From: an uncultured bacterium
GTDB lineage: Bacteria; Krumholzibacteriota; Krumholzibacteriia; Krumholzibacteriales; Krumholzibacteriaceae
DNA: 49,489 nt
Assembly (NCBI GenBank): GCA_965370495.1
Contig: CBDUUV010000003.1
Span: forward strand, 1-49,489
Direction: 5' to 3'
Position 1 is the first letter of the stretch, and every line of letters begins with the position of its first letter. A model generated the notes under the pieces. It had not been told where the DNA came from and made no database searches. It saw nothing but the letters and a program-made list of their open reading frames with translations. A program made the position numbers and the translations under genes. This document shows, in pieces, positions 1 through 10,080 of this stretch.

Positions 1-2
1 TA

Positions 3-1874
3 AAGAATAATATTATTACTGATTGCGGATACACCAGTGTAACAGGATTCAGCGGCGGGGGTGGAATTTCCTGTTACAACGGATCAGTAACTATCGAGAA
101 TAATACGATTACCGGCTGCAGAGCCCAGTCCGGCGGGGGGATATACCTCTATCAGGTCTCAGCAGTGATAAGGAACAACCGCATTTCGGGTTCGACACCA
201 AACATCGAATTCAGCGGAACAAGAAACGGCGGGGGGATCTATGCCCTTCATTCAAGTATTGCCCTCGAAAACAACACGATCATTGAAAACACCAATTATA
301 TATTCGGTGGGGGAATATACGCCCGTTTCAGTCCGCTGTCGGCATCAGGAGATACAATCTCATTCAACACCTGCATAAATGGAGGCGGCGGGATATATGC
401 CGAGCGGTCACCCCTTCAGGGCTCCAACATGACAATCATGAACAATTCTTCAGCCGGACAGGGCGGAGGCATATACCAGAAACGTGAGGAGATGACTGTT
501 GAGAATTCCGTTATCGCCCTGAATGAAACGGCCTATCTTGGCGGCGGCATCTACGCCGATAGTTCATGGGGAGAAATCGTCAACAATACTGTCGACAGAA
601 ACATCGCCGCTTTCGGTGGTGGCAACCTCTTTCTCACTGCGATGGAGCCAATTTCCCTGAAGAACAACCTCATCACCTACGGCAGGAAATATGGATTGCA
701 GGCGACGAACCCTGACAATGTTACCATGCGGTACAATACCATTTTTGGAAATTTCCCTGACGAACTCTTCATGATAACCCCTGATTCAACAAATACGAGC
801 AGGAATCCACATTACGCGGACACCACTGCTTTTGATTATCGACTTGGACTGCACTCGGGCGGCATTGATACCGGCGACCCCGCTTCGGGAACCGACCCGG
901 ACGGTTCCAGATCCGACCAGGGCGCGTTTGGAGGGCCCGGAGCCATGTTCGCTGCGCCTGATCACGTAGCGGGCCTGACCGCTGCGACAGTAAACGACAC
1001 GACGATCCATATCGAATGGCCGGCCGTAACATCACCCGGGCTTGATTTCTACGCGATATACACCGCTGCACTGGATGGATTCCTTCCCGATGAATCCAAC
1101 TTTCTGGGAACAATCGCTGGCGATGTGACTTCCTATGATGATTATCCGGTCTCCGGCTGCGTGTATTATTATATTTCAGCAGTCAATTTTTCCGGGTATG
1201 CGGGTGGCTATTCCGTCCAGGCTGGAGCCTGTGTATCGGGAACAGACATTATCGACCCGGCAGTAACCGTAGTCTACCCTGACGGTGAAGAATACATCGA
1301 AACAGGAGATACTGTAACTATCAGGTGGATCGCTACCGACAATATCGGCGTTGATTCGGTCTGCGTCTGGTTCTCTGAAAACGGGGGATCAGAATATATG
1401 CTTCTCGCCGGCAGCGAGCCGAACGATTCGAGTTATATATGGATCGTGCACTCTGTCGTTTCCGATTCCTGCCTTATCAGGATCGTAGCTTTTGACGCCG
1501 CTCTTAACGAGGGAGAGGATACAAGCAACGCTTTCTTTTCCGTCATTGACCCTACCGGTGTCGCGGATGAAGAAGATGAACCGGTTCTACCGGTATTTGT
1601 AAATGCCCTGGAGCAGAACTATCCGAATCCATTTAACGGCAACACGACCATAGTGTATACTCTTTCGGAAAAATGCGGTGTCGAAATCAGCATCTATGAT
1701 CCGGCCGGACGCATGATCCGGACTCTTGGCAGGAAAGAACGCGGCCCCGGCAGACATTATACTGCATGGGATGGCAAAGACAATGCCGGCCGCGGAGTTA
1801 CGTCCGGTGTCTATTTCTGCAGGATAAAGGCCGGGAAATTCCGGCAGACGCGAAAAATCATCTATTTGCGCTAA
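3..1874 (+). CDS. 5'-partial secreted protein: parallel beta-helix repeats, FN3/Ig-like domains, C-terminal FlgD-Ig/T9SS-like sorting domain
   Basis: Frame is open from position 3 (KNNIITDCG...GGGIS...GGGIY), so the gene starts left of the window. Repeated N-x-A-x-x-GGGIY motifs. C-terminus LEQNYPNPFN...WDGKDNAGRGVTSGVYFCRI. Confidence 0.85.
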   Translation, partial: KNNIITDCGYTSVTGFSGGGGISCYNGSVTIENNTITGCRAQSGGGIYLYQVSAVIRNNRISGSTPNIEFSGTRNGGGIYALHSSIALENNTIIENTNYIFGGGIYARFSPLSASGDTISFNTCINGGGGIYAERSPLQGSNMTIMNNSSAGQGGGIYQKREEMTVENSVIALNETAYLGGGIYADSSWGEIVNNTVDRNIAAFGGGNLFLTAMEPISLKNNLITYGRKYGLQATNPDNVTMRYNTIFGNFPDELFMITPDSTNTSRNPHYADTTAFDYRLGLHSGGIDTGDPASGTDPDGSRSDQGAFGGPGAMFAAPDHVAGLTAATVNDTTIHIEWPAVTSPGLDFYAIYTAALDGFLPDESNFLGTIAGDVTSYDDYPVSGCVYYYISAVNFSGYAGGYSVQAGACVSGTDIIDPAVTVVYPDGEEYIETGDTVTIRWIATDNIGVDSVCVWFSENGGSEYMLLAGSEPNDSSYIWIVHSVVSDSCLIRIVAFDAALNEGEDTSNAFFSVIDPTGVADEEDEPVLPVFVNALEQNYPNPFNGNTTIVYTLSEKCGVEISIYDPAGRMIRTLGRKERGPGRHYTAWDGKDNAGRGVTSGVYFCRIKAGKFRQTRKIIYLR

Positions 1875-1932
1875 AACGCGGCAAAACGGGTAATCGAACG
1901 CAACATCAGGACCTCCCACAGCGGGTAGCCCT

Positions 1933-2853
1933 GTGTCTGATGAGGAGCATATGGGCGGACACGATCACCATATCTACGGAATCGAAGCCGGCAGGAGGAT
2001 TACCTGGGCCGGTATCGGCGTCAACGCGATACTGATTTACCTGAAGATCTTCGGTGGAATAGCGGGGCACAGCCGGGCATTGCTGGCTGATGGTATACAC
2101 TCGATATCTGACTTTATCTCGGATTTTATTGTCCTTGTCGGGCTGCACTTTCTGAGAAAAGAAAGTGACAGGGAACATCCATACGGCCACGGCAAGATAG
2201 AAACTGTTGCCACATTATTTGTCGGAACGATCCTCCTTCTCGCGGCTTTCGGGATCGGTACTGGAGCCGCAACCGCGATCTACAGGGGAGAGATCTCCAC
2301 CCCCCATCGCTTTACGATAATAATCGCCGCGCTTTCAGTCGCTTTCAAGGAAGTACTGTATCATGTAACGGTCCGCATAGGCAAAAACGCGGGCAGTGAA
2401 GCGCTGGTCGCAAATGCCTGGCACCACCGTTCCGACGCGCTGTCATCGATAGTGACCCTTGCCGGGGTATCCCTCGCCGTCTACAACCCCTCGCTTCGGG
2501 TGCTGGATTCCTATGCCGCCCTGTTTGTCTCATTCTTTATTATCAAGGTAGCTTATGATATAATAAAAAGCGCTGTAAACAAGATCATCGACACTTCTCC
2601 CTCCCGGGAGTTTGTCGAAAACGTGCTTGAAATAACACGCAAGGTTCCCGGAGTGCTCGGATGCCATGACCTCATGGCCAGGTATTACGCGGACAGAATC
2701 AGGATGGAGATTCATATACAGGTCGACCCGGACATGACCGTGATCGAATCCCACAGGATCGTGGACAAGGTCGTGGACGCCATCACTGCCCGCCACTCCC
2801 AAGTCGAAAAAGTGCTGGTGCATGTCGACCCATACAAGGAGAAGAAAGATTGA
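1933..2853 (+). CDS. Cation diffusion facilitator (FieF-like) transporter
   Basis: SRALLADGIHSISD, HPYGHGKIE and WHHRSD motifs; about 6 TM segments; C-terminal dimerisation domain ending VLVHVDP; His-rich N-terminus. Confidence 0.93.
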   Translation: MSDEEHMGGHDHHIYGIEAGRRITWAGIGVNAILIYLKIFGGIAGHSRALLADGIHSISDFISDFIVLVGLHFLRKESDREHPYGHGKIETVATLFVGTILLLAAFGIGTGAATAIYRGEISTPHRFTIIIAALSVAFKEVLYHVTVRIGKNAGSEALVANAWHHRSDALSSIVTLAGVSLAVYNPSLRVLDSYAALFVSFFIIKVAYDIIKSAVNKIIDTSPSREFVENVLEITRKVPGVLGCHDLMARYYADRIRMEIHIQVDPDMTVIESHRIVDKVVDAITARHSQVEKVLVHVDPYKEKKD

Positions 2854-3983
2854 GAAAAGTCGAATTCTTCAGACACAATATTGGGAATGAAGAAATGGAA
2901 CGAGTCAACAAGGTCTTCAAATCACTTTTCCTTACAACTGGAGACGAGGTCTCGAAGTTCGAAGGGAACCTGGCCGATTACCTCGACCTCCCCTATACAG
3001 TTGCTGTTACCAGCTGTACCGCCGCCATGCAGTTATGCCTGCTTGCCGAGGGTATCGGCCAGGGCGATGAAGTGATCACAACCCCGCTGACATTTATAGG
3101 CTCGGTCAATGCTATCCTGATGACGGGCGCTACGCCGGTGCTGGTGGATGTAGATCCCTCCACCGGCAACATCGATCCGGCAGCGGTCGAAAAAGCCGTT
3201 ACAGAACGCACCCGGTGCATTCTTCCGGTTCATCTGTACGGCCAGATGTGTGATATGGAGGCGATAAGAAATATCGCCGACAGGCACAGCCTCATCATTG
3301 TAGCGGATGCCGCGCATTCGCTTGAAGCCGAATGGAAAGGAAAAAAACCCGGCCACTACGCGGATTACGCCTGCTTCAGTTTCTACGTCACCAAAAGTAT
3401 CACCTCAGGCGAGGGTGGAGCAATATCGGTGAAGGATGAGGAAAAATACGAACTGCTCAGGCAGCTTCGCCTCCATGGGTTTGACAGAAACGCGATGGAA
3501 CGCTACACCGGCCACTTCGAGCAGTACGATGTTAAAATACTCGGCTGGAAATACAATATGGATAACATCCACGCGGCCATCCTTGTAGAGCAGATGAAAA
3601 AACTGGATTCGCTGTTTGAAAGACGCAGAGAAATATACAGGATATATCATGACGCTTTCTCGCATATGAAGGGTGTCGAGCTTCATGACATCAGGCCCGA
3701 AGCAACTCATGCCTGTCATATCATTACACTTCTTGTAGATCCGGGGAAACGCGACCTGATAATGACAGAGATGCAGCGCCGCGGCATCGGGATGTCGATC
3801 AATTTCTATCCTCTCCACCTGATGACCTACTACCGGGAGAGGTTCGCCTACAAGCCGGGAATCTTCCCTGTCGCGGAGGATATCGGTTCACGAACCCTGA
3901 CGATCCCGTTCTATCCGAAGCTTACCAGCGAAGAGATCGAATACGTGATCGAGAACTTCAGGGATGTGCTAAACAGTGTTTGA
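2850..3983 (+). CDS. DegT/DnrJ/EryC1/StrS PLP-dependent aminotransferase
   Basis: PVHLYGQMCDM, DAAHS and FSFYVTKSITSGEGG (PLP lysine). TTG start overlaps the CDF stop codon. Confidence 0.93.
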   Translation: MRKVEFFRHNIGNEEMERVNKVFKSLFLTTGDEVSKFEGNLADYLDLPYTVAVTSCTAAMQLCLLAEGIGQGDEVITTPLTFIGSVNAILMTGATPVLVDVDPSTGNIDPAAVEKAVTERTRCILPVHLYGQMCDMEAIRNIADRHSLIIVADAAHSLEAEWKGKKPGHYADYACFSFYVTKSITSGEGGAISVKDEEKYELLRQLRLHGFDRNAMERYTGHFEQYDVKILGWKYNMDNIHAAILVEQMKKLDSLFERRREIYRIYHDAFSHMKGVELHDIRPEATHACHIITLLVDPGKRDLIMTEMQRRGIGMSINFYPLHLMTYYRERFAYKPGIFPVAEDIGSRTLTIPFYPKLTSEEIEYVIENFRDVLNSV

Positions 3984-4043
3984 ATACTGACGGCGACCGC
4001 CCAATCACCGGCCCAATCACCGGTTTGAAGGCCAATCCACCAT

Positions 4044-4078
4044 AAAAACAACCGGCTGCCTGCAGAAAGGGCAGCCGG
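4044..4078 (-). terminator. Intrinsic terminator after the tricorn gene, in the convergent gap
   Basis: CCGGCTGCC (4052-4060) / GGCAGCCGG (4070-4078) stem, followed on the minus strand by TTGTTTTT. Confidence 0.65.
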
Positions 4079-4121
4079 CCATTCTCTTGCCTGCCAAAAA
4101 GGTTCACGGGCCTCTCGCGCC

Positions 4122-7100
4122 CTACCTCTCGTCTATTTTAACATCTACATCGAAATCTCTGGGCGTATCGCCGATCTTCCCGAGAAGGAATTCCATCGCC
4201 TTTTCGAGTTGAACGTCCCGCCCGGCTTTCTCCATCTCCGGAGTGCTTTCGACATGTATGTCGGGTATGGCTCCCCTGCTCTCGAGCTGGGCACCATCAT
4301 CCTTTTCCCATATTCCGATAAACGTCTTGCGGATGGTACCTTTATCTACCAGATCATGCGGCATCACCGCTATTACGAAGCCCAGCGTGGGAACGCCGAT
4401 CAGTGTTCCAAGCCCACGCTCTTTCACCGCGCTGGGGAATACCTCGGCGTCAGAATAAGAGTACTCATTGATAAGAACAACAACCTCTCCCGTGAATACG
4501 TCCTCCGGCCTGTTGATGACCGACTCACCTCTCGATCGCTGGACGTGATATGGCCTTCTTTCGAGCAGGTCTATCACTTTCGAGTCTATGTACCCTCCAC
4601 CGTTATACCGCACGTCTATGATTATAGCTTCCTTGTAGCGGTATTTCTCGAACTGCTCCCGGAATTCTACCCACCCTGCCGAACTCATATCCTTCAGGTG
4701 CATATATCCGATCCGGCCGCTGCTTTTCTCATCTACATACCCTGTACTGCCGATAACCCAGTCTTTGTAACGAAGACTGATGTCCTGTGCTACCGGTTTG
4801 AAGACTGTCTCGACAGCGCCTTTCAAAGAGGGTTTGTCGTTGGTAACAACAGATATCTTGTTTTTTGTCTTTCCGACAAGATATTTGTAGAAATTCTCTC
4901 CCGGTTCAAGTTCATGACCTTCTACCGCCAGGAGATAATCACCGTTTTTGATCTTGATATAATCCGCGTCAAGCGGTGATCTCAATTTGGAGGAGAAGTT
5001 GTTCCCCTTGAAAATTTTCTCGATGCGGGCGTAGCCGCTTTTTTCATCGAGAGCAACCTTTGCCCCCAGGAATCCCAACGTCTTTCTGGGAACGGACGGG
5101 CCATCTCCGCCTGACGCGCCCTGGTGCGAAGCATTGAGCTCGCCGACCATCTCCGTCATAAGGATATTGAGTTCACGACGGGTCCGTACCCAGGGAAGCA
5201 GGCTTTCGTAATAATCCCCGATCTCGTCCCAGTTCACACCATGAAAATTGGAATCATAGAAGTGATATTTTACAACCCTCCAGCCCTCGCGCATTATCTG
5301 TTTCCATTCGGCTTTGCGATCCAGCTCCATACCGACTTTTCGCTTGATGTTGAGCTTGCCGTTGTCTTTCTTGGCGTCAGTAGCCGTTTTACTCTTGGCA
5401 CTGGATTTTTTTGAACCTACCTTGATGATCTCAAAATCGGTTCCGTCGAAGATGCCGATCTTTTCCTTGTTGGCCGAAATGCCATAAGTGCCGATTGCCG
5501 AGGCAATCAGTTTGCTTTCCATCTTCTTGACATCATAAGCATGGAGATCATACACGCGCCTGAACATCACTCTTTTCTTGGATGTAGTGAGATAGTAATA
5601 ATATTTTTCTGTCGCCTGGATATTGTGCAGCCCTCTGCCACCGATCCTTCCCACGCGCCAGGCACGATCCTCGATCCCGGCGAAATCGATCTTGACCTTT
5701 ACCTTCTCTTTTTTCTTTTTGCCCTTTTTGCTTTTTTTGTCCTTTTTACCGTTATCTTCATCCTCGGCATCATCGTTATCATCATCAGCGTCTTCACCGT
5801 CGATTCCCTCTTCATCATCCTTATGAATAAACGGGTGCTTCTCCTCTGGCAAAAGGCTGAGTCTGCACAGAGATTTTGCCCCTACACGCCTTTCAGAGAT
5901 AAAAAGAAGGTATTTTCCGTCCGGCGTGAAATACGGCTCGGTATCATCCGCCAGATTTTTTGTCACCTGATGGTGTTCTTTATTTTTGATATTATAGAAG
6001 TAGATATCCCTTGCCCTGTTGCGCTGGGCAAAATCGTAAGCTATCCACTTCCCGTCCGGCGACCAGTTATATGTAGCGATATCCTCATGTTCATTTTTCA
6101 CAACAAGAAAAGGTTTGCCCCCATCGACATCAAGCATGAAAAGCTCGTTTGCCTCTGTCGAATAAAGCAGCCTTTTACTTTCAGGCCCCCATAGAATGTT
6201 TTTCTTGAAATGACCGGTGTCGGTAAGACGCTTTTCAGGTTCTTTGCCCATTTGATGAGCAAGGTAGATCTCGTCATCTCCGGTCCTGTCCGATACATAC
6301 GCGATCCATTTCCCGTCCGGCGACCAGGATGGATAGTTGTCGCGAGCACCCGAAGAATTCGTGAGGTTTCTGACATCTCCGTGTTTTGCCGGAGCTGTAA
6401 ATATCTCTCCCCTCGCGCAGATAACCAGTCTCTTTCCTGTAGGCGATATGTCGAACCCGCTCAGGTAGTCAAGCGGCTTGATATAGCTGATCATATTGAC
6501 ACGGTCATCGGAAAGCACGTATACCACTACTTCTTTGACCTCATCGTTATCCGTATTCAGAACATAAAGCCTGGCTTCCCGCTCGAAGACAATCTTTGTG
6601 CCATCGGAACTTATCGACGGCCATGTAACTCCCTTTCCGCTGAAGCTGGTGACTTGTCTGATTTTTTCGGTTCCCAGATCGTATGAATAAATATTTTTGA
6701 TACCGGTATCACGATCGGAAACAAAGAAGATCCTCTCTCCCGACCACATCGGCCACATATCGTTGCCGTCGTAACTGGTCAGCTGCCTGTATTTCTCTTT
6801 CTCCAGGTCATATGTCCAGACATCCAGGTTCTGGCTGCCCTTGTATCTTTTCCACCACCACCACCTGCCGGGGTGCCTGTTGAAAGCTATCATCCTGCCA
6901 TCCGGCGAAAAACTGCAGAAGCTCGCTTTGCCCACTCCCATATCGACGGGCAGGCCGCCGTCGAGCGGCACCGAATACAATTGCTTGAAGAAACGGACAT
7001 ACGAATCCCTGGAAGAGCGGAAAACTATATTCTTTCCATCCCGGGTCCATTCCACCGGTAACGCACTGTTCGAATGCCAGGTCATCTGCTTTGGTTTTCC

Positions 7101-7418
7101 ACCTTCTGAGGGTATAACGAAAAGCGCACTGCTTCTCTCGTTATAGCTGCCTGAAAAAGCGATGTTTTTTCCGTCGGGAGAAAACTTTGCGTAGCTCTCC
7201 ACACCCGGGTGAACAGTAAGCCGTCTGGCAATACCGCCTTCTTCCGGAACGAGCCACAGATCTCCCTGGTAGTTGAATACTATTCTGCCGTTGCTGATAT
7301 CCGGCATTCTCATCAGCCTGACAGGTTCACCCAAACCTGCATCTCCGGATGCCGGTTCCGGGACCGTCATAGCAAAAACTACTGCCACAAGTGTTATTAT
7401 CAGGATCTTGTTTCTCAT
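4122..7418 (-). CDS. Tricorn protease homologue (S41 peptidase: PD40 propellers, PDZ, catalytic domain)
   Basis: Signal peptide; FSPDG/WSPDG repeats; WKRYKG; ELNASH; DVRYNGGG; catalytic YSDAE; acidic/basic linker. Confidence 0.95.
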   Translation of the reverse strand: MRNKILIITLVAVVFAMTVPEPASGDAGLGEPVRLMRMPDISNGRIVFNYQGDLWLVPEEGGIARRLTVHPGVESYAKFSPDGKNIAFSGSYNERSSALFVIPSEGGKPKQMTWHSNSALPVEWTRDGKNIVFRSSRDSYVRFFKQLYSVPLDGGLPVDMGVGKASFCSFSPDGRMIAFNRHPGRWWWWKRYKGSQNLDVWTYDLEKEKYRQLTSYDGNDMWPMWSGERIFFVSDRDTGIKNIYSYDLGTEKIRQVTSFSGKGVTWPSISSDGTKIVFEREARLYVLNTDNDEVKEVVVYVLSDDRVNMISYIKPLDYLSGFDISPTGKRLVICARGEIFTAPAKHGDVRNLTNSSGARDNYPSWSPDGKWIAYVSDRTGDDEIYLAHQMGKEPEKRLTDTGHFKKNILWGPESKRLLYSTEANELFMLDVDGGKPFLVVKNEHEDIATYNWSPDGKWIAYDFAQRNRARDIYFYNIKNKEHHQVTKNLADDTEPYFTPDGKYLLFISERRVGAKSLCRLSLLPEEKHPFIHKDDEEGIDGEDADDDNDDAEDEDNGKKDKKSKKGKKKKEKVKVKIDFAGIEDRAWRVGRIGGRGLHNIQATEKYYYYLTTSKKRVMFRRVYDLHAYDVKKMESKLIASAIGTYGISANKEKIGIFDGTDFEIIKVGSKKSSAKSKTATDAKKDNGKLNIKRKVGMELDRKAEWKQIMREGWRVVKYHFYDSNFHGVNWDEIGDYYESLLPWVRTRRELNILMTEMVGELNASHQGASGGDGPSVPRKTLGFLGAKVALDEKSGYARIEKIFKGNNFSSKLRSPLDADYIKIKNGDYLLAVEGHELEPGENFYKYLVGKTKNKISVVTNDKPSLKGAVETVFKPVAQDISLRYKDWVIGSTGYVDEKSSGRIGYMHLKDMSSAGWVEFREQFEKYRYKEAIIIDVRYNGGGYIDSKVIDLLERRPYHVQRSRGESVINRPEDVFTGEVVVLINEYSYSDAEVFPSAVKERGLGTLIGVPTLGFVIAVMPHDLVDKGTIRKTFIGIWEKDDGAQLESRGAIPDIHVESTPEMEKAGRDVQLEKAMEFLLGKIGDTPRDFDVDVKIDER

Positions 7419-7493
7419 TCCGCTGCACTCCTCCTCTTGTCTGGCTCAGATAGAACCACACCGTTAATCGCGTTTCGAAGCCACTCGAAGCGA

Positions 7494-7522
7494 AATATAC
7501 TATCTCCCGGGATGGGTTGCAA
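7494..7522 (-). promoter_or_regulatory. Candidate sigma70 promoter of the tricorn gene
   Basis: Minus strand reads TTGCAA-N17-TATATT, about 75 nt upstream of the ATG. Confidence 0.45.
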
Positions 7523-7596
7523 CGAATAGAGCTGGTGTCTGGCACATATGTTCTTCCCGTCGTTCCCGAAGCCCATCATTATAATGAAAAAACAGG

Positions 7597-7644
7597 AAAG
7601 GGGGGGGAGAGGGGCATGATCGCCATCCCCCCACCCCCTTTTTT
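7597..7644. terminator. G-rich/C-rich hairpin downstream of the BNR-repeat gene
   Basis: AAAGGGGGGGGAGAGGGG...CCCCCCACCCCCTTTTTT imperfect stem flanked by A/T runs. Confidence 0.5.
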
Positions 7645-7652
7645 GACCAAAA

Positions 7653-9863
7653 CTATCTGAGCAGAATCATCTTTTTTGTCTGCTCTTCATCAGCTGTTTT
7701 CAGCTTGTAGAAATAGACTCCCGAAGAAAGACCGTTGGCGTTGAAACCTACGGAATGTTCTCCCGCGTCCATTTCCCTGTTAAGTACCTTCGCTATCATT
7801 CTTCCTGAAACATCATAGACGTTCAGGGAAACAAACCCATCTCTGCTGAGATTGAATCTGATAATAGTGGAAGGATTGAACGGGTTGGGATAGTTCTGGC
7901 GCAACGTGAACGGCAGGCTGATTGGATCAGTATCCGTTACAAGCGGATCGTTGTTAGACAGCAGATCGAAATAATCGCCGCCGAGCCAGAGTTTGCCGTT
8001 AGCTCCATTGAAAATGACGCAATCTCCGTCACGGGTCCCTAACTCGAGTGTGGCGTTGATATCGACCCAGGTCGCTCCACCGTCATCGGTACGAAAAACC
8101 CTGCCGTCATCACCGCTGATCCATCCGAGCTCGGGATGATCGAAGTACACGTCGCTGAGCTTGACTGTCGTAAACGCCGTAATATAATTCCAGTTGACGC
8201 CGCCATCGGTCGTATTCGCAAGCATTCCTGCATCTCCTACGATCCATCCATCGGTTGCGGTTGTCATAAAGACATCCTCGATGTCTGCCGTGGCGCTCGG
8301 GAATCCTGTCATTACAGACGCTGTCCAGTTCACTCCGCCATCTGCAGTGTAGTAGCAACCTATGTTGTCACCGACCACCACACCGACAGATTGATCATCA
8401 CGAGCAAACGATACAGCATTGAACTGCTGGTCCAGAACATCATACCAGATCTCGGTGAAAGACGCTCCACCATTGCTGGTAACCCAGATAATATCATCGC
8501 TTGCACGTTCCCCGACGATGACACCATTATCGACATCGAACCAGTGCATGCCGCGCATGGCATCTGTCGTGGCAAAGGAATGATTAAGCTGGGCCCACGT
8601 CTGTCCTCCGTCAGTCGACTTGTAGACAGAACCGTAGGCTCCGCAGGTATACACGGTATAACTGCCATCATCAACCCCGGGAACTACCTGCACGTCGTAT
8701 ATATCAGGCGCGAAGACATTGGAACCGGCAACTATCCAGGACATGGCGCCGCCATCCGGCAGATAACCGTAAGCTGCATTATCACCGGCAGCTATGATGG
8801 ATGATCCGTGATTCTCCAGGTCGTAATAGCCGCCGAAACCGTATCCCGCTTCGAACTTCGAAGTCCAGGTATAGCCCCTGTCGTTCGATACAGCAATCAT
8901 ACCTTCATTTCCGACAGCCACGACTATATCCGTACTCGGAAAAACGCCGATGCTGTTGATATCTTCACCTGTGAAGGGTGTTGAACTGTCCCAGTTCCAT
9001 CCCTCGTCAGTGCTGTGCAGCAGGAAGCCCGCGGAACCGCCTGAACCACCGCTTAACATTATTTCTTCGTTATCGAACTTCGTCGAGCACCAACCGTATC
9101 CATGGGTACCCCAGTGATAGTCCGTTTTACTGTTCCAGGTCGCGCCTCCGTCCCGGGTAGAGGCAATGATCGTGGGCTGGGCGCCGACAAACGAGCCCCA
9201 ACCGGTCACTATGCCGACCGTGTCGTTGACAGCCATGATCCACTCGAGATCGCTTCTCGAATAGGGAAACGGGCCCAGATTGACCGAAGCCGCGTTCCAT
9301 GTCACGCCTCCGTCGGTCGTGTAGTGAATACCCGCGCCGTCAAGGGCAACATACCCGGTAAGGGAGTTCGCGAAAGCGACCCCATTGACATCATCAGCAA
9401 ATCCCGCTACGAGTGTCCAGGTAACTCCGTTATCTGCAGATGTATACAGATTATTATCGTCGTTGCCCAGCCATCCCGTAGTACCTGTGAAAAAGACCAC
9501 GTTGTAGTCTGTCGTGCTCAGGATCTTGCTCTGCGCATGCTCGAGCCAGGTTGTTCCACCATCGATGGTAGAACAGATAACTCCATTATCACCGACTGCA
9601 AATCCATGTGTCGCGCTTGTAAAGAAAACACCGAAGAACGAGTCGGTAACGGGTGTAGCCTGCTGCACCCATGTAGCTCCCGCATCGGTCGTCTTGTAGA
9701 CCTCGCCGCCGCTACCGACTGCGTACCCGACATTTGCCGTCGGACAGCTTACCCCTTCAAAATCAGTGTCGATCTCCATCTGATACTCGAATGTCCACTG
9801 GGCGCTGGCGGGCCCGGCAAGGAGAAAGACAAGTGCGATACAACAGCTTATTGTTTTGTTCAT
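7653..9863 (-). CDS. YCF48/BNR (Asp-box) repeat beta-propeller protein with T9SS type A-like C-terminal domain
   Basis: Signal peptide; many T-x-D-G-G-x-T-W repeats; LRQNYPNPFNPST...GVYFYKL...KKMILLR; AGGAGG RBS. Confidence 0.88.
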   Translation of the reverse strand: MNKTISCCIALVFLLAGPASAQWTFEYQMEIDTDFEGVSCPTANVGYAVGSGGEVYKTTDAGATWVQQATPVTDSFFGVFFTSATHGFAVGDNGVICSTIDGGTTWLEHAQSKILSTTDYNVVFFTGTTGWLGNDDNNLYTSADNGVTWTLVAGFADDVNGVAFANSLTGYVALDGAGIHYTTDGGVTWNAASVNLGPFPYSRSDLEWIMAVNDTVGIVTGWGSFVGAQPTIIASTRDGGATWNSKTDYHWGTHGYGWCSTKFDNEEIMLSGGSGGSAGFLLHSTDEGWNWDSSTPFTGEDINSIGVFPSTDIVVAVGNEGMIAVSNDRGYTWTSKFEAGYGFGGYYDLENHGSSIIAAGDNAAYGYLPDGGAMSWIVAGSNVFAPDIYDVQVVPGVDDGSYTVYTCGAYGSVYKSTDGGQTWAQLNHSFATTDAMRGMHWFDVDNGVIVGERASDDIIWVTSNGGASFTEIWYDVLDQQFNAVSFARDDQSVGVVVGDNIGCYYTADGGVNWTASVMTGFPSATADIEDVFMTTATDGWIVGDAGMLANTTDGGVNWNYITAFTTVKLSDVYFDHPELGWISGDDGRVFRTDDGGATWVDINATLELGTRDGDCVIFNGANGKLWLGGDYFDLLSNNDPLVTDTDPISLPFTLRQNYPNPFNPSTIIRFNLSRDGFVSLNVYDVSGRMIAKVLNREMDAGEHSVGFNANGLSSGVYFYKLKTADEEQTKKMILLR

Positions 9864-10080
9864 CTAAGCCACCTCCTACTGCTGTATCAAATACCCAAAA
9901 TTACAGGGAAATTTAGTAACCTTTAATAATCAAAACCCCCCTTCCTGCAGTTAATAGAAAACCTTTCCGGACACATTTACTAATCAGGTCATTTCTGCCA
10001 TATGGTTTTTCGTGTTGCGTGCACGATCCACTCTTACATTCTCCCAAATATTTCTGTATCCTGTTTACGCCAGATCCTCC

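Noticed and set aside
3999-4022. Tandem GCCCAATCACCG x2
   Set aside because: Two adjacent copies with no spacer; a simple slippage duplication, not CRISPR.
5690-5830. Low-complexity TCA/TTC-rich DNA
   Set aside because: It encodes the acidic/lysine-rich linker common in bacterial tricorn proteases.
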